Positions 50,934 to 60,585 of a stretch of DNA of 64,000 nt are shown in pieces. The translations under genes and the position numbers were made by a program. Under the pieces are notes generated by a model. That model saw only the letters and a program-made list of their open reading frames with translations, was not told the DNA's origin and did no database searches. The stretch is from a virus. The stretch is taken from the IMG/VR virus record IMGVR_UViG_3300006077_000002, positions 29,818 to 93,817 of that record. The stretch is one strand, 5' to 3'. The number at the start of each line of letters is the position of its first letter. The stretch's first letter is position 1.

Positions 50934-50934
50934 C

Positions 50935-51777
50935 ATGTTGAAATTTAAAGAAGGGCAACTAGCCCAGCTCTTAGAAGCAATTACAGACTCAGGTGTGAAG
51001 CTTAACACTTCACCTAAAGTAACTCAAGCAATCATTAACTTGGCGATGCAATCAAAGAAACTATCAAGCGTTATAAAGCTTAAGAGTACTACAAATGGCA
51101 TCGTCCTTACTACAGCAAAGAACTTTGATTCTAAAAATCCAGTTATCTTTAGTGATGAGACAATGGTTGAGTTCAGTCATGAAATTACTCCTGATATCTA
51201 TCACAAGAAGAACGATAACAAGGCAGAGTTTAGATACTTTGTCCCGCTTCGTCAAGTTCTGCGTGTTCGTTCACAAACAACTTCTAAGTTCTTTGTTGAA
51301 GATGATGATGGAAACACTTTCTTCGTCCCAGTGGATTTTAAAAGCATTAGTGCTAAGCAGTCTGTAATTCCTATCTTCTTTCCAAATCTAATTGAGAACA
51401 GAGAGAAAGCTCAGCAAATTATTCTTGCTTCTAATGCTCGTCGTTCAATGACAGGTATTCAGGTTGGAGATACAGTAACAGTTCGCTCTTATGCAGATAT
51501 GGTTGCAGAGTTTGGAGATACAGAAGTATCTTTCGGATATGATGGAGAGACTATGCGTATCACTGGAGAAATTCGTGGTGCTGATACAATTGTATTCCCT
51601 AACTATGCTTCACACTTAGCAGGTAGAACATACCGTATTGCAAAGATTTTGGAAGAGCGTGATGAGATTATCTTAACTGATAACATCACAGACCTAATCA
51701 ACCCAGAGACTTCTGAAGAGTTACCAAACATTGACCCTATCAGATTCAGTAAACTACACTTTACAAAAGCAGCTTAA
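50935..51777 (+). CDS. Hypothetical protein with C-terminal SH3-like domain
   Basis: IQVGDTVTVRSYADM...LAGRTYRI. Confidence 0.65.
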   Translation: MLKFKEGQLAQLLEAITDSGVKLNTSPKVTQAIINLAMQSKKLSSVIKLKSTTNGIVLTTAKNFDSKNPVIFSDETMVEFSHEITPDIYHKKNDNKAEFRYFVPLRQVLRVRSQTTSKFFVEDDDGNTFFVPVDFKSISAKQSVIPIFFPNLIENREKAQQIILASNARRSMTGIQVGDTVTVRSYADMVAEFGDTEVSFGYDGETMRITGEIRGADTIVFPNYASHLAGRTYRIAKILEERDEIILTDNITDLINPETSEELPNIDPIRFSKLHFTKAA

Positions 51778-51786
51778 GGAGAGCAC

Positions 51787-53016
51787 ATGAAAAAATTCAC
51801 AGGACGATTTAGTCCATCACCAACTGGTAAGCTTCATTTAGGAAGCCTTCGTACTGCACTTATCTCTCATATTATCAGTGATACTTTCGTCCTGAGAATT
51901 GAAGATACAGATGCAAAGCGTTCAACTGTGGAGTCAGAGCAAGAAATCATTGAGTCATTCAAGTGGCTTGGTATTAAAAATGATGGGGAAATTGTTAGAC
52001 AATCTGACCAAGAGAAAGGTGGAGTATATTCTGACTTAGCAAATAAACTTGTTGAGGCTGGATATGCCTACCGTTGTAACTGTACTGTAGATTATCTGCG
52101 AGCTATGAAAACTCAGCAGATTAAAAATAAGGAGCGTCGCCTTGGGTATAATGGAAAATGCCGTGAGTCAGGAAATACTGAGGGAGTCATTAGACTTAAT
52201 GCACGGAAAATCGGAGAAGAAAGAGGTGATATCTTCTTTCGCTTTGAAGATGATGTTTTTGGTACTCGTCGTGTTGATTTTAGAGATGTTCCTGATACAG
52301 TTCTTACTAGAGCAAATGGTACAGCAACATATATACTCGCCAATACATTCGATGATATGTTGGCAGGAGTGGACTATGTAGCTCGTGGTGCTGACATCAT
52401 TACTCAAACAGCAACACAAATTGCACTTCGTGAGGCTATTCACTTGGCAACAGGAATCCCTAACCCTGAAGTTCACTATTCACACTTACCGTTAATTCTT
52501 GGTGCAGAGAATCAAAAGCTTAGTAAGCGTAATGAAGATACAAAGTCTATCTTAGACTATCGTGCTGAAGGATTTACTCGTGAAGCAATCATTCAGTTTG
52601 TATTAAGCTTAGGTAACAAATCAATCTCTACAAGTCATGCAATGACAGTGGAGGAGATTAAACAAGCCTATAATCGTACATCATTGAGACGTAACGACAC
52701 AGCATTTCTTGAGCATAAACTCAAACACTTAAATGCAATGCATCTTAAGCGAATGGATACCTCAAAACTTGTGGCAGAAGTTGAAGAAGTCTATGGTGTA
52801 GCCCTTAGTACAAAATTAGTTGGAGCATTTAAGTACCGTGTAAGTACTATGCTTGAACTAAAAGAGAAATGTGAGCAGTTTGAGGGATTAGTTGCAGCAA
52901 AGCCAGAGGCATTGTCTGCACTTGAAGCTTCAGGATTTTCAGTAGATGGATGTAAAGCATTCAGAACAGATGCGTTGGGAGGAATGAGAACACCTCCACT
53001 TAAGGAATTATTATGA
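51787..53016 (+). CDS. Glutamyl-tRNA synthetase-like enzyme (GltX/GluQ-RS family)
   Basis: RFSPSPTGKLHLGS (HIGH), FVLRIEDTD, AYRCNC Zn site, RGAD, HLPLI, KLSKR (KMSKS); short C-terminus. Confidence 0.9.
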   Translation: MKKFTGRFSPSPTGKLHLGSLRTALISHIISDTFVLRIEDTDAKRSTVESEQEIIESFKWLGIKNDGEIVRQSDQEKGGVYSDLANKLVEAGYAYRCNCTVDYLRAMKTQQIKNKERRLGYNGKCRESGNTEGVIRLNARKIGEERGDIFFRFEDDVFGTRRVDFRDVPDTVLTRANGTATYILANTFDDMLAGVDYVARGADIITQTATQIALREAIHLATGIPNPEVHYSHLPLILGAENQKLSKRNEDTKSILDYRAEGFTREAIIQFVLSLGNKSISTSHAMTVEEIKQAYNRTSLRRNDTAFLEHKLKHLNAMHLKRMDTSKLVAEVEEVYGVALSTKLVGAFKYRVSTMLELKEKCEQFEGLVAAKPEALSALEASGFSVDGCKAFRTDALGGMRTPPLKELL

Positions 53017-53504
53017 GCACACCAACAAGCCTAGTGTATAAAAGTCGCCGTCTTCCAGTAAGACTATTGGAAGAGGATTGGGAGGCTACCACCACCTCAA
53101 AAGTTAAGCAGGAGATGTTGAGACAGAAAATCTTTAAAGCTCCTGAAACAGGTACATTATTGGTAAGTGGTACCGCAGGACCTATCATTAACCAGTTGTA
53201 TCAAATGGGTCGCAAATGTGCTGGACTATCTTTGATTGAGTATTTTGAGTCAAAGTTACAGAGCGAAGGAGAAAAACCTCCTGTCAGCGAAGTAATCTTT
53301 TTGTATGGTGTTGGTAATGAGCCTGCAAAAAGTGGTGAGTATGGCGGAAAGTTAATATCAGGACTTATGGAGTACTGTAAAAACAGAGGATACTTATTAG
53401 TTATTGAAACTCATTTATCTCCTACCAATTTTGAAGTTCGTTATGGTATCAACATAACAACTAAAATCTCTATTAAGTTAAAGGCTGAAGATGCATGGCT
53501 CTAA
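53013..53504 (+). CDS. Degenerate IstB/DnaC-like helicase-loader fold
   Basis: VIFLYGVGNE...LMEYCKNRGYLLVIETHL resembles the LILDDLGxE...IINYR..PTIITTNL pattern without intact Walker motifs. Confidence 0.4.
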   Translation: MSTPTSLVYKSRRLPVRLLEEDWEATTTSKVKQEMLRQKIFKAPETGTLLVSGTAGPIINQLYQMGRKCAGLSLIEYFESKLQSEGEKPPVSEVIFLYGVGNEPAKSGEYGGKLISGLMEYCKNRGYLLVIETHLSPTNFEVRYGINITTKISIKLKAEDAWL

Positions 53505-53751
53505 AAGAACACTGATACTGAATAGAGGTATTGCCAGCACCTTTTACGATGCTAATGATATTCGTAGAAGCATCCTGGCATATAAGTTTATTCATGGACT
53601 TAAAAAAGGTGCTGGTATACTTTATCATCATGCTACTGGAGGTAGCACAATACTAACTGCGGAGGAAGTCCTATCATTACTGCGTAAGAAAGACCCACAA
53701 GTTACTTTGTTTGGTAAATCAGACTCTGTACTATCAGGTATATACAAATGA
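53491..53751 (+). CDS. Small protein, LxxIY tag
   Basis: Ends VLSGIYK. Confidence 0.6.
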   Translation: MHGSKRTLILNRGIASTFYDANDIRRSILAYKFIHGLKKGAGILYHHATGGSTILTAEEVLSLLRKKDPQVTLFGKSDSVLSGIYK

Positions 53752-54059
53752 AACCACTATACACTCTAACTATCTTAAGAGGATGGAGAGAGGCTGAAGA
53801 GTACTATAAAAAGTACCCAGAAGAGAAGACCTTTGAGGCTTATACCTTTATAATTAACCAAAGGCTTTATAATTTAGGGGCATTTAGATGTGCTGACCGT
53901 ATAAAGTATGGTACACAAAGAATGTACAACAGTGTCATCAAATCTTATAAAGAAGGGTTACGCAGTAATTCTGAGATACTTATTGGAGGCAAGAGAGTTG
54001 CTCTTATTGTAGATAAGAGTAGAAGTACTAAAAATATTCTAAGGAAATTATATGAATAA
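53748..54059 (+). CDS. Small protein, LxxLY tag
   Basis: Ends ILRKLYE. Confidence 0.6.
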   Translation: MKPLYTLTILRGWREAEEYYKKYPEEKTFEAYTFIINQRLYNLGAFRCADRIKYGTQRMYNSVIKSYKEGLRSNSEILIGGKRVALIVDKSRSTKNILRKLYE

Positions 54060-55407
54060 ACTACGTGGAGGAATCCAGTTAGTAAATCCCCCAGCAGAAT
54101 TATTGGAGAGATTAACTTACCCCAACCCCTTTGAACCTGACCAAGAATTTCTTGGGTATAGAGATGATGGTGCTGGTAAAGTTACTGTTCCAAGAAAATC
54201 TATTGATATCTCTCCTGATATTGTTGATGTTACAACCAGCCCTATCAGTATAGGTATCAAAAGTAGCTTCTCGTTAAGAGATTATCAAATCAAACCTGTA
54301 AATAAAATTACTAGTCTCTTAACTGGAGGCTATAATCAATGCCTTCTAACTGCACGAACTGGGTCTGGAAAATCATTCAGTCTTGGGTTCATCATAAAGG
54401 ATATTGGAGAACGTACCCTAATTTTGGCACACTTATCAATGCTTACAACTCAGATGGCTGATGAGTTATCAGAGAATCTTGATGCTGATGTTCGTATCAT
54501 TGATAAAGATAACCAAGAGTTAGGTGATGTTAATATCTGTACCTTTCAGTATCTACATGCCAACCCTATGCTAACCCTACAGTTAGCCAAAGAGATAGGC
54601 TTTGTAGTTGTTGATGAGGCAGAGAATATGCTTAGTCCAAGTAGACTTAATGTATTCTATTCGCTTACTCCAAAGTATCAACTACTTATGACAGCAACTC
54701 CTAGCCGTGACCTTGTTGGTAGAACACCAATGATTACAGAACTAATTGGAGATGCCATTGTAGTTATGGAGCCTACCAATGAAATTGTAACAACACCCGC
54801 AATGTTTGATTACAGACATCTAAAATTCCATGCACCAACTAACAAGATGATGTATAAAGGAGCGTTGACTAGATTCTTTTTGCAAAGTTCAATACCTGCT
54901 GATATTGTAGGTGTAGTAGGCATGCTGTTAGAGTATGAGGGTTGTGTATGGGTTATTATAGACAGTCTTAAATTCCAAGATAAAATGGTGGAGTTGTTTG
55001 CCGCTCAGGGGGTAGGAGCAGAGGTAATTCGTGGAGCTACCTCAACCAAAGAACGGAAACGTATTCTTGCTAATGTTGAGAGTGGAGATTGTAGAGTACT
55101 ACTTGCATCTGCACCTCTATCTGCTGGTATATCAATGCCAGAACTTGCTCATGCATTTAGAGTTATGCCTCATAGTTCAGGACATGAGCTTCTTACACAG
55201 CAAAGAGGTCGTCTTAAACGGTACTCAGAGTTCAAAGACTACCAACCTACTATCTGGTTTGACTATGCCATAGAGGGTTCTCTGGCATGGACAGGCAAGA
55301 AGAGATTCAAAAGTTACAAAGAGGAAGAAGGATTTCTATTCGGAAGCTTAAGTACTATTAAAGCAAAAGTTAAGGAGTTATTAGATGACAAACAAAGAAA
55401 AAATTGA
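54052..55407 (+). CDS. Superfamily 2 helicase
   Basis: LRDYQ, ARTGSGKS, VVVDEAE, LMTATP, QQRGRLKR. Confidence 0.9.
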   Translation: MNKLRGGIQLVNPPAELLERLTYPNPFEPDQEFLGYRDDGAGKVTVPRKSIDISPDIVDVTTSPISIGIKSSFSLRDYQIKPVNKITSLLTGGYNQCLLTARTGSGKSFSLGFIIKDIGERTLILAHLSMLTTQMADELSENLDADVRIIDKDNQELGDVNICTFQYLHANPMLTLQLAKEIGFVVVDEAENMLSPSRLNVFYSLTPKYQLLMTATPSRDLVGRTPMITELIGDAIVVMEPTNEIVTTPAMFDYRHLKFHAPTNKMMYKGALTRFFLQSSIPADIVGVVGMLLEYEGCVWVIIDSLKFQDKMVELFAAQGVGAEVIRGATSTKERKRILANVESGDCRVLLASAPLSAGISMPELAHAFRVMPHSSGHELLTQQRGRLKRYSEFKDYQPTIWFDYAIEGSLAWTGKKRFKSYKEEEGFLFGSLSTIKAKVKELLDDKQRKN

Positions 55408-55654
55408 TAAGTTAAGTAAACAGGACTATGTTCTTCGTGGGTATAGTGAATGGTACCTAGAGCTATATCAAAATGCTGGAGGAAATTGGAAAGATTATAA
55501 TTCTGACATAGCTGCAGGAGCTAGAAGACGTTACCAAAGCTATAAAGAGATTGGTAATGGTTTAGTATATGCTAGACAAAGGCTTTCAAAATACATGAAA
55601 AGTATTGTGTCAGTACACAAATCACCATTAAAGGGAATTTATGAGAGTAAGTAA
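55385..55654 (+). CDS. Small protein, LxxIY tag
   Basis: Ends PLKGIYESK. Confidence 0.65.
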   Translation: MTNKEKIDKLSKQDYVLRGYSEWYLELYQNAGGNWKDYNSDIAAGARRRYQSYKEIGNGLVYARQRLSKYMKSIVSVHKSPLKGIYESK

Positions 55655-55928
55655 GTTTAAGAAAGGGCAAAAAGCTCGGGTAAAAAGTCTGGAGAAATTA
55701 AAAAGAGATGCTGAAGAAATTAAAAGTTCAGGAGCATTTCGTATGAAAGACAGAATGCACATTGTAGACCGTATGTTTAGCCTGTGTGGGCAAGTAGTAA
55801 CTATTAAAACAATAGTAGCTCCTGAAGACCCTCAAGGGTATTACTTAATTGATGAAGACACTGCAGGATATAGTTGGTCTGACAGTTTATTGGAAGACCT
55901 TGCACCTTTGAAGGAGATTTATGGCTAG
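55641..55928 (+). CDS. Small SH3-like protein, LxxIY tag
   Basis: FKKGQKARVKS...LCGQVVTI...WSDSLLE; ends PLKEIYG. Confidence 0.7.
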   Translation: MRVSKFKKGQKARVKSLEKLKRDAEEIKSSGAFRMKDRMHIVDRMFSLCGQVVTIKTIVAPEDPQGYYLIDEDTAGYSWSDSLLEDLAPLKEIYG

Positions 55929-56142
55929 TTGGACACAAAAACAACCTGATTTATGGGAATTATTAGATGCTGATGTGGCATTTATAGAGTATCTTAACAC
56001 CTTACGTCCCAGACTCTACCACAAAGCTATCATATTCAGACTTAATACTCTGATTGATGGGGTAGATGAGGCTAAAGATAGATATCGTAGAAATGCGATA
56101 GAATTATACCACAATAATCTTGTGGCATTAAGCAAAGTTTAA
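55921..56142 (+). CDS. Hypothetical protein
   Basis: AAGGAG RBS. Confidence 0.6.
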   Translation: MASWTQKQPDLWELLDADVAFIEYLNTLRPRLYHKAIIFRLNTLIDGVDEAKDRYRRNAIELYHNNLVALSKV

Positions 56143-56150
56143 GGAACATT

Positions 56151-56687
56151 ATGGTAAAGTATATAATCGTAAGCATATTTATGGTATGTAGTATGCATGC
56201 TCAGAGTTTGACAGATGAGTTTCTTCAAATGAGTGACAAACAGGTTGAGTCATTAACCTTTGCTCATAATCAAGGAGGCTATACACTGGCTGCAATTGCT
56301 TGGACAGAGTCACATGCTGGTAAAGTGCGTATAAATTTAAATGTTGGGTCAGTTGACTTAGGTTTATTTATGTTAAATTCTAAATCATTTCTTGAGAGAT
56401 GGTATAAAGCTCACCCAGATAAAACACGCAGTCATTACTACGACAACATATTGTTGAGTAGAGTAATGACTGATGATAGTTTATCAAGTATCTACGCTCA
56501 AAAGGAGCTAGATTATTGGAAGACTATGCGAAATCGTAACATCCGAGATACGATTAAAAGCTACAATTGTGGCTCAAATATTCAGCGGCATAGATGTGAT
56601 AAGTACTTTAGAAAAGTATGGGATAGACGTAAAGTCTTGATACAACATCTACAAGTGGAAAACTACTGGTATAAGGATAGACCATGA
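56151..56687 (+). CDS. Secreted lytic transglycosylase (SLT-like)
   Basis: Signal peptide; LAAIAWTES, DLGLFMLN, IKSYNCG. Confidence 0.8.
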   Translation: MVKYIIVSIFMVCSMHAQSLTDEFLQMSDKQVESLTFAHNQGGYTLAAIAWTESHAGKVRINLNVGSVDLGLFMLNSKSFLERWYKAHPDKTRSHYYDNILLSRVMTDDSLSSIYAQKELDYWKTMRNRNIRDTIKSYNCGSNIQRHRCDKYFRKVWDRRKVLIQHLQVENYWYKDRP

Positions 56688-56911
56688 GAAAGATTAATTA
56701 CAATGAACGAGCAGTAAAAGCAATCATTCAATTACTTACAGAACAAAATGCAGTATTTGGAATGCATGAGGAGAGTATTGAAATTGAGGCAACAAAAAGA
56801 AATGAGGACATGTTATTTAAAGAGCTCAATAGAATTGTGGCTGGCACTAAATATATGGTGCAAAAAGATATCAAGTCCGTAATCATTACAATATTTAATG
56901 GAAGTGTGTGA
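56684..56911 (+). CDS. Hypothetical protein
   Basis: ATGA coupling. Confidence 0.6.
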   Translation: MRKINYNERAVKAIIQLLTEQNAVFGMHEESIEIEATKRNEDMLFKELNRIVAGTKYMVQKDIKSVIITIFNGSV

Positions 56912-57210
56912 TGAGAAAGCAGGGTTCAAAAGTACAGGTAATTCATCGAAGTGAGTTATTTAGCAGAACTAGCAGTGCTGTAATGATTAGTGGTGTGAAA
57001 TGTCTCAATATCAGAGAAAGTTACCAAATGTTTGTACCATCTATGGATAGGATGCTTGGTAAAGTTGCAACCATAACTTTAGCTACTACGTATCATGGTG
57101 TGCCAGTGTATGCTATTGAAGGCTCAAGTGATTGGTGGTCAGAACAGATGTTTGCACAGAACACTAGACTTCGTTCTTTATACGCTCGTAAAGGAACTAT
57201 GGATGACTAG
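56908..57210 (+). CDS. Small SH3-like protein, LxxLY tag
   Basis: FVPSMDRMLGKVATI...WWSEQMF; RLRSLYA near the end. Confidence 0.65.
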   Translation: MMRKQGSKVQVIHRSELFSRTSSAVMISGVKCLNIRESYQMFVPSMDRMLGKVATITLATTYHGVPVYAIEGSSDWWSEQMFAQNTRLRSLYARKGTMDD

Positions 57211-57442
57211 AACAATTATAAGCCGAAAGGTTTGGGAAGAAAAACAACGAGATGAGGACACTTGTGGGTGTGGTTATCATATGCCTAGAGCCATGAAGCG
57301 TTGGGCTGATACTACACATGAGGTAAAAAGTTCCAGAGAGATTATGAAGTCTACTGTATTTAAGTTTAGCGACATAGATAGCTGGGAATTTTGTGCGTGT
57401 CTATTAGTGGATGCATCAATACTAAAGGGGATTTATGATTAG
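57203..57442 (+). CDS. Small protein, LxxIY tag
   Basis: Start refined to the ATG at 57203; ends ILKGIYD. Confidence 0.6.
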   Translation: MTRTIISRKVWEEKQRDEDTCGCGYHMPRAMKRWADTTHEVKSSREIMKSTVFKFSDIDSWEFCACLLVDASILKGIYD

Positions 57443-59984
57443 TGAGTTATTTGGAAATAAACAAGAGGATGTACTGCAGGTTATTGTATGTGGTGCTAAA
57501 CAATATAGCTTTGCCAAGTTTATAGGACAAAATTTTGTAACTCCTATGAAAACTTTAGGCATTCAAAACTTCGGTAAGACTATGCAGACTGTGCAAGCAT
57601 TTGAAAATGCTGACAAGAAGAAGCCAACTAAGAAACAATTAAAGCCTCATATTGATGAGTTGCTTGAGCATTGTGACCTTTATGGAATTGAATTCTTGGC
57701 AGTAGCTAACGCAAACTATTTTGCATATCTTACTGGTAAGAAATTTGAGCAGAGTATAGGCTCTAAAGTTATGTGTTCGGTGAAGGGATTTGAACACATT
57801 GTAGTTATACCATTGGTAAACCCTGCGGTAGTATCAATTACCCCAGCAAAAAGACCATTGATGCAAAGAGGGTTGCAAGTGTTCCATGATATTATGGCTG
57901 GAACATATACCTCAAGTACCTTTGAGTTCGAGAGTTATGAATTTGTTACAAACCCTGATAGAGCTCGTGAGTTACTTGATGGCTTAAGAACTCTTGAAAG
58001 AATTGCTTGGGATATTGAGACAACTGGACTTCACCATATGACTAGCGACTTCATTACTCATGGCTTTGCTAAAGATACGAATAATGCTTTCACCATAGCA
58101 GTACATCCAAAACATGTGGGTATGGCTGTTGCAGAGGAGATGAAGAAAGTTGTTGGTGATTTCCTTACAACTTACCAAGGTAAATTGTTAGTACACAACG
58201 TAGGCTTTGAGGGTAAATACCTTGCTTGGAATTATTGGATGAAAGATGCTGATGACCAACAAGGAATTGTAGATTGTTTCAAACACACTAAGTGGGATGA
58301 CTCAATGCTACAAGCATATGCTCTCTTAAATTCTACAGAGCGTACATCACTTGGACTTAAAGATTTGGCTCATGATAAGTATGGCGATTGGGATGCAGAC
58401 ATAGACATTAAGAATGCTATTGATGCACCTATTGAAAAGCTTGCTTACTACAATGCCATTGATGTTAGTGCAACTTGGTATGTGTGGAACAAGATACAGG
58501 CACAAATTACAGAGAAACAGTTTGAGTTTTATGATGTTACTATGCGTTTAACTCAAAATCTATTCTTGAAGTTAATGCTGACAGGTATTCCAATCAGCAT
58601 GGACAATGTTCTTTCCGCAAAGAAAGACTTGACAGTAGCCTTAGATGAAGCTGAAGAAAACTTCTTTACAAATCCATATGTACTTATGGCTGAGAAGCAG
58701 TATCGTATTGACTTGGCTGAGAAGTATAACACAACTCATAAAGTTGCGAGAAAAATTCCAGAAGACTTTAAAGACATTAAGTTTAACTATAACTCACCAA
58801 ACCAGTTAAGAACACTGCTGTTTGAGATGATGGATTATGAACCGATTGCCTTTACTGACAAAGGATTCCCATCAACTAACCGAGCGTCAATTGTAGAGTA
58901 CTCAGAAACTGAGTTAGATACTGACAAGAAGAATGTATTGGAAGGGCTAATTGCATTCTCAGAGATTGGTATTATCCTTAATACATTCTTAAAGAGTTTT
59001 GAACGTGACTCAATTGAAGTAAGTCCTGGAGAATTTAGACTCTATGGAAACTATAAGAATGGTGGTACTCAAACATTCAGACCAACAGCTAACAATCCGA
59101 ACTTACTTAATGCCCCTAGTGGGTCTAAGTATGGGAAGCTTATTAAGCATTGTTTCAAAGCACGACCAGGATTCATCATTGGGTCAAGTGACCACGCCAG
59201 TCTTCAGGGACGTACAGCAGCTAACTTGACAAAGGATGCTAACCTTATTCGTTTGTATAATGACCATATTGATATGCACTCATTTCACGCCACTCGTTAT
59301 TGGCCTGAAGCATTCAGCGATTTTGAAGACACTGTTGAGTATTATGCAGAAGTAAAACATACACACCCTGCAGAGCGTAACCGTTCTAAGGGGCCAACAT
59401 TCCTTATGCAGTTTGGTGGTGGTGTTGCAAAACTTGCAGCAACATTGAAGTGTAGTGTGGAAGAAGCAGAAGTTATTTACAATGCCTACCATAACGAGCT
59501 ATACCCAGACATGAAGAAGTATAATGAAAGAGTTGGGCAACAAGCCCTTAGAGATGGATTTGTTGAGCTAGGACTAGGACTTAGACTTCAATGTCCAAGT
59601 GTTCGCTCTCATGATAAGCAAACAGCAAGTTCAGCTTTACGTTCAGTAGCTAATGCAACTGTACAATTTTGGGATGTACTAACACTTATCGGGATTGAAA
59701 GATTCCAACAACATATAGAGGAGCAAGGATATGTGGGAAAAGTTATTATGCACTCAACTATCTATGACTCTGTTTATATGGAGATTGCTGCAGATACGGA
59801 GACAATCCAATGGGTCAATGAAACATTAATCCCTGATATGGTTCAAGATTATATGGATGACCAAGAGGTAAAACTTGAGGCTAACCTAGACATTACTGCT
59901 GAAGAAGGGACGTGGGCTGACCTACAAGAACTTCCAAATGGAGATGCCAAAGCAGAGATAAAGGAGATACTATCGAAGAGTTAA
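57435..59984 (+). CDS. Family A DNA polymerase (N-terminal UDG-like region, 3'-5' exonuclease)
   Basis: WDIETTGL, HNVGFE, YNAID exonuclease motifs; NYNSPNQL, GTQTFR..NPNLLN; motifs A/B/C with substitutions. Confidence 0.93.
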   Translation: MISELFGNKQEDVLQVIVCGAKQYSFAKFIGQNFVTPMKTLGIQNFGKTMQTVQAFENADKKKPTKKQLKPHIDELLEHCDLYGIEFLAVANANYFAYLTGKKFEQSIGSKVMCSVKGFEHIVVIPLVNPAVVSITPAKRPLMQRGLQVFHDIMAGTYTSSTFEFESYEFVTNPDRARELLDGLRTLERIAWDIETTGLHHMTSDFITHGFAKDTNNAFTIAVHPKHVGMAVAEEMKKVVGDFLTTYQGKLLVHNVGFEGKYLAWNYWMKDADDQQGIVDCFKHTKWDDSMLQAYALLNSTERTSLGLKDLAHDKYGDWDADIDIKNAIDAPIEKLAYYNAIDVSATWYVWNKIQAQITEKQFEFYDVTMRLTQNLFLKLMLTGIPISMDNVLSAKKDLTVALDEAEENFFTNPYVLMAEKQYRIDLAEKYNTTHKVARKIPEDFKDIKFNYNSPNQLRTLLFEMMDYEPIAFTDKGFPSTNRASIVEYSETELDTDKKNVLEGLIAFSEIGIILNTFLKSFERDSIEVSPGEFRLYGNYKNGGTQTFRPTANNPNLLNAPSGSKYGKLIKHCFKARPGFIIGSSDHASLQGRTAANLTKDANLIRLYNDHIDMHSFHATRYWPEAFSDFEDTVEYYAEVKHTHPAERNRSKGPTFLMQFGGGVAKLAATLKCSVEEAEVIYNAYHNELYPDMKKYNERVGQQALRDGFVELGLGLRLQCPSVRSHDKQTASSALRSVANATVQFWDVLTLIGIERFQQHIEEQGYVGKVIMHSTIYDSVYMEIAADTETIQWVNETLIPDMVQDYMDDQEVKLEANLDITAEEGTWADLQELPNGDAKAEIKEILSKS

Positions 59985-60210
59985 GCAACTATCCATATGT
60001 GAATAATTATGTGATTGAGATTGAACACTATGGTAAATATCAAATGACTACAGATGCTCCACCAGAAGCTATAAGACATGCATATAACTTGATGCACATG
60101 AATGCTGATGAAGATGAAGACATAATAGACTTTTTGACTAGAGTGTTGGTAGATGCAGGATTTAAATTTGGGCCACTAAATATTAAATATATAGAATTTT
60201 AGGAGAAATT

Positions 60211-60585
60211 ATGCTTAGCAATTTACATATTATTGAAATACCTACAGATGCATATTCTGAAGTAGCAAAGTTAGTTAATTTTCTGGAAGAAACACCAGAC
60301 AATGTCAATGAAGAGATGGTTCGTGATAGTATTTCTGCTTCTACTAGAAGTGGGAAGCTACTTAATGGGATGCACCATCTCTATTATAAACCATCATTAG
60401 TTCAGAAGAATACTGCACCAAAAATTGAGGCAGGAGGAGATGGCTATTGGCTATGGAATGACCCTCCAAACCCTAACTATACTAAGGTTATGTTTCAAAA
60501 AGCATTAGAGATAATGGAGAAATCAGCAGACACTAAAGACTTCTTATCCATACTTCAATCGCCTATAAGAACATTATATGCATAG
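60211..60585 (+). CDS. Small protein, tag variant
   Basis: AGGAG RBS; ends PIRTLYA. Confidence 0.65.
   Translation: MLSNLHIIEIPTDAYSEVAKLVNFLEETPDNVNEEMVRDSISASTRSGKLLNGMHHLYYKPSLVQKNTAPKIEAGGDGYWLWNDPPNPNYTKVMFQKALEIMEKSADTKDFLSILQSPIRTLYA

Noticed and set aside
52990-53016. GluRS C-terminus PLKELL as a member of the LxxIY family
   Set aside because: It lacks the Tyr and is explained by the overlapping RBS and start codon. It shows that part of the motif can arise from translational coupling
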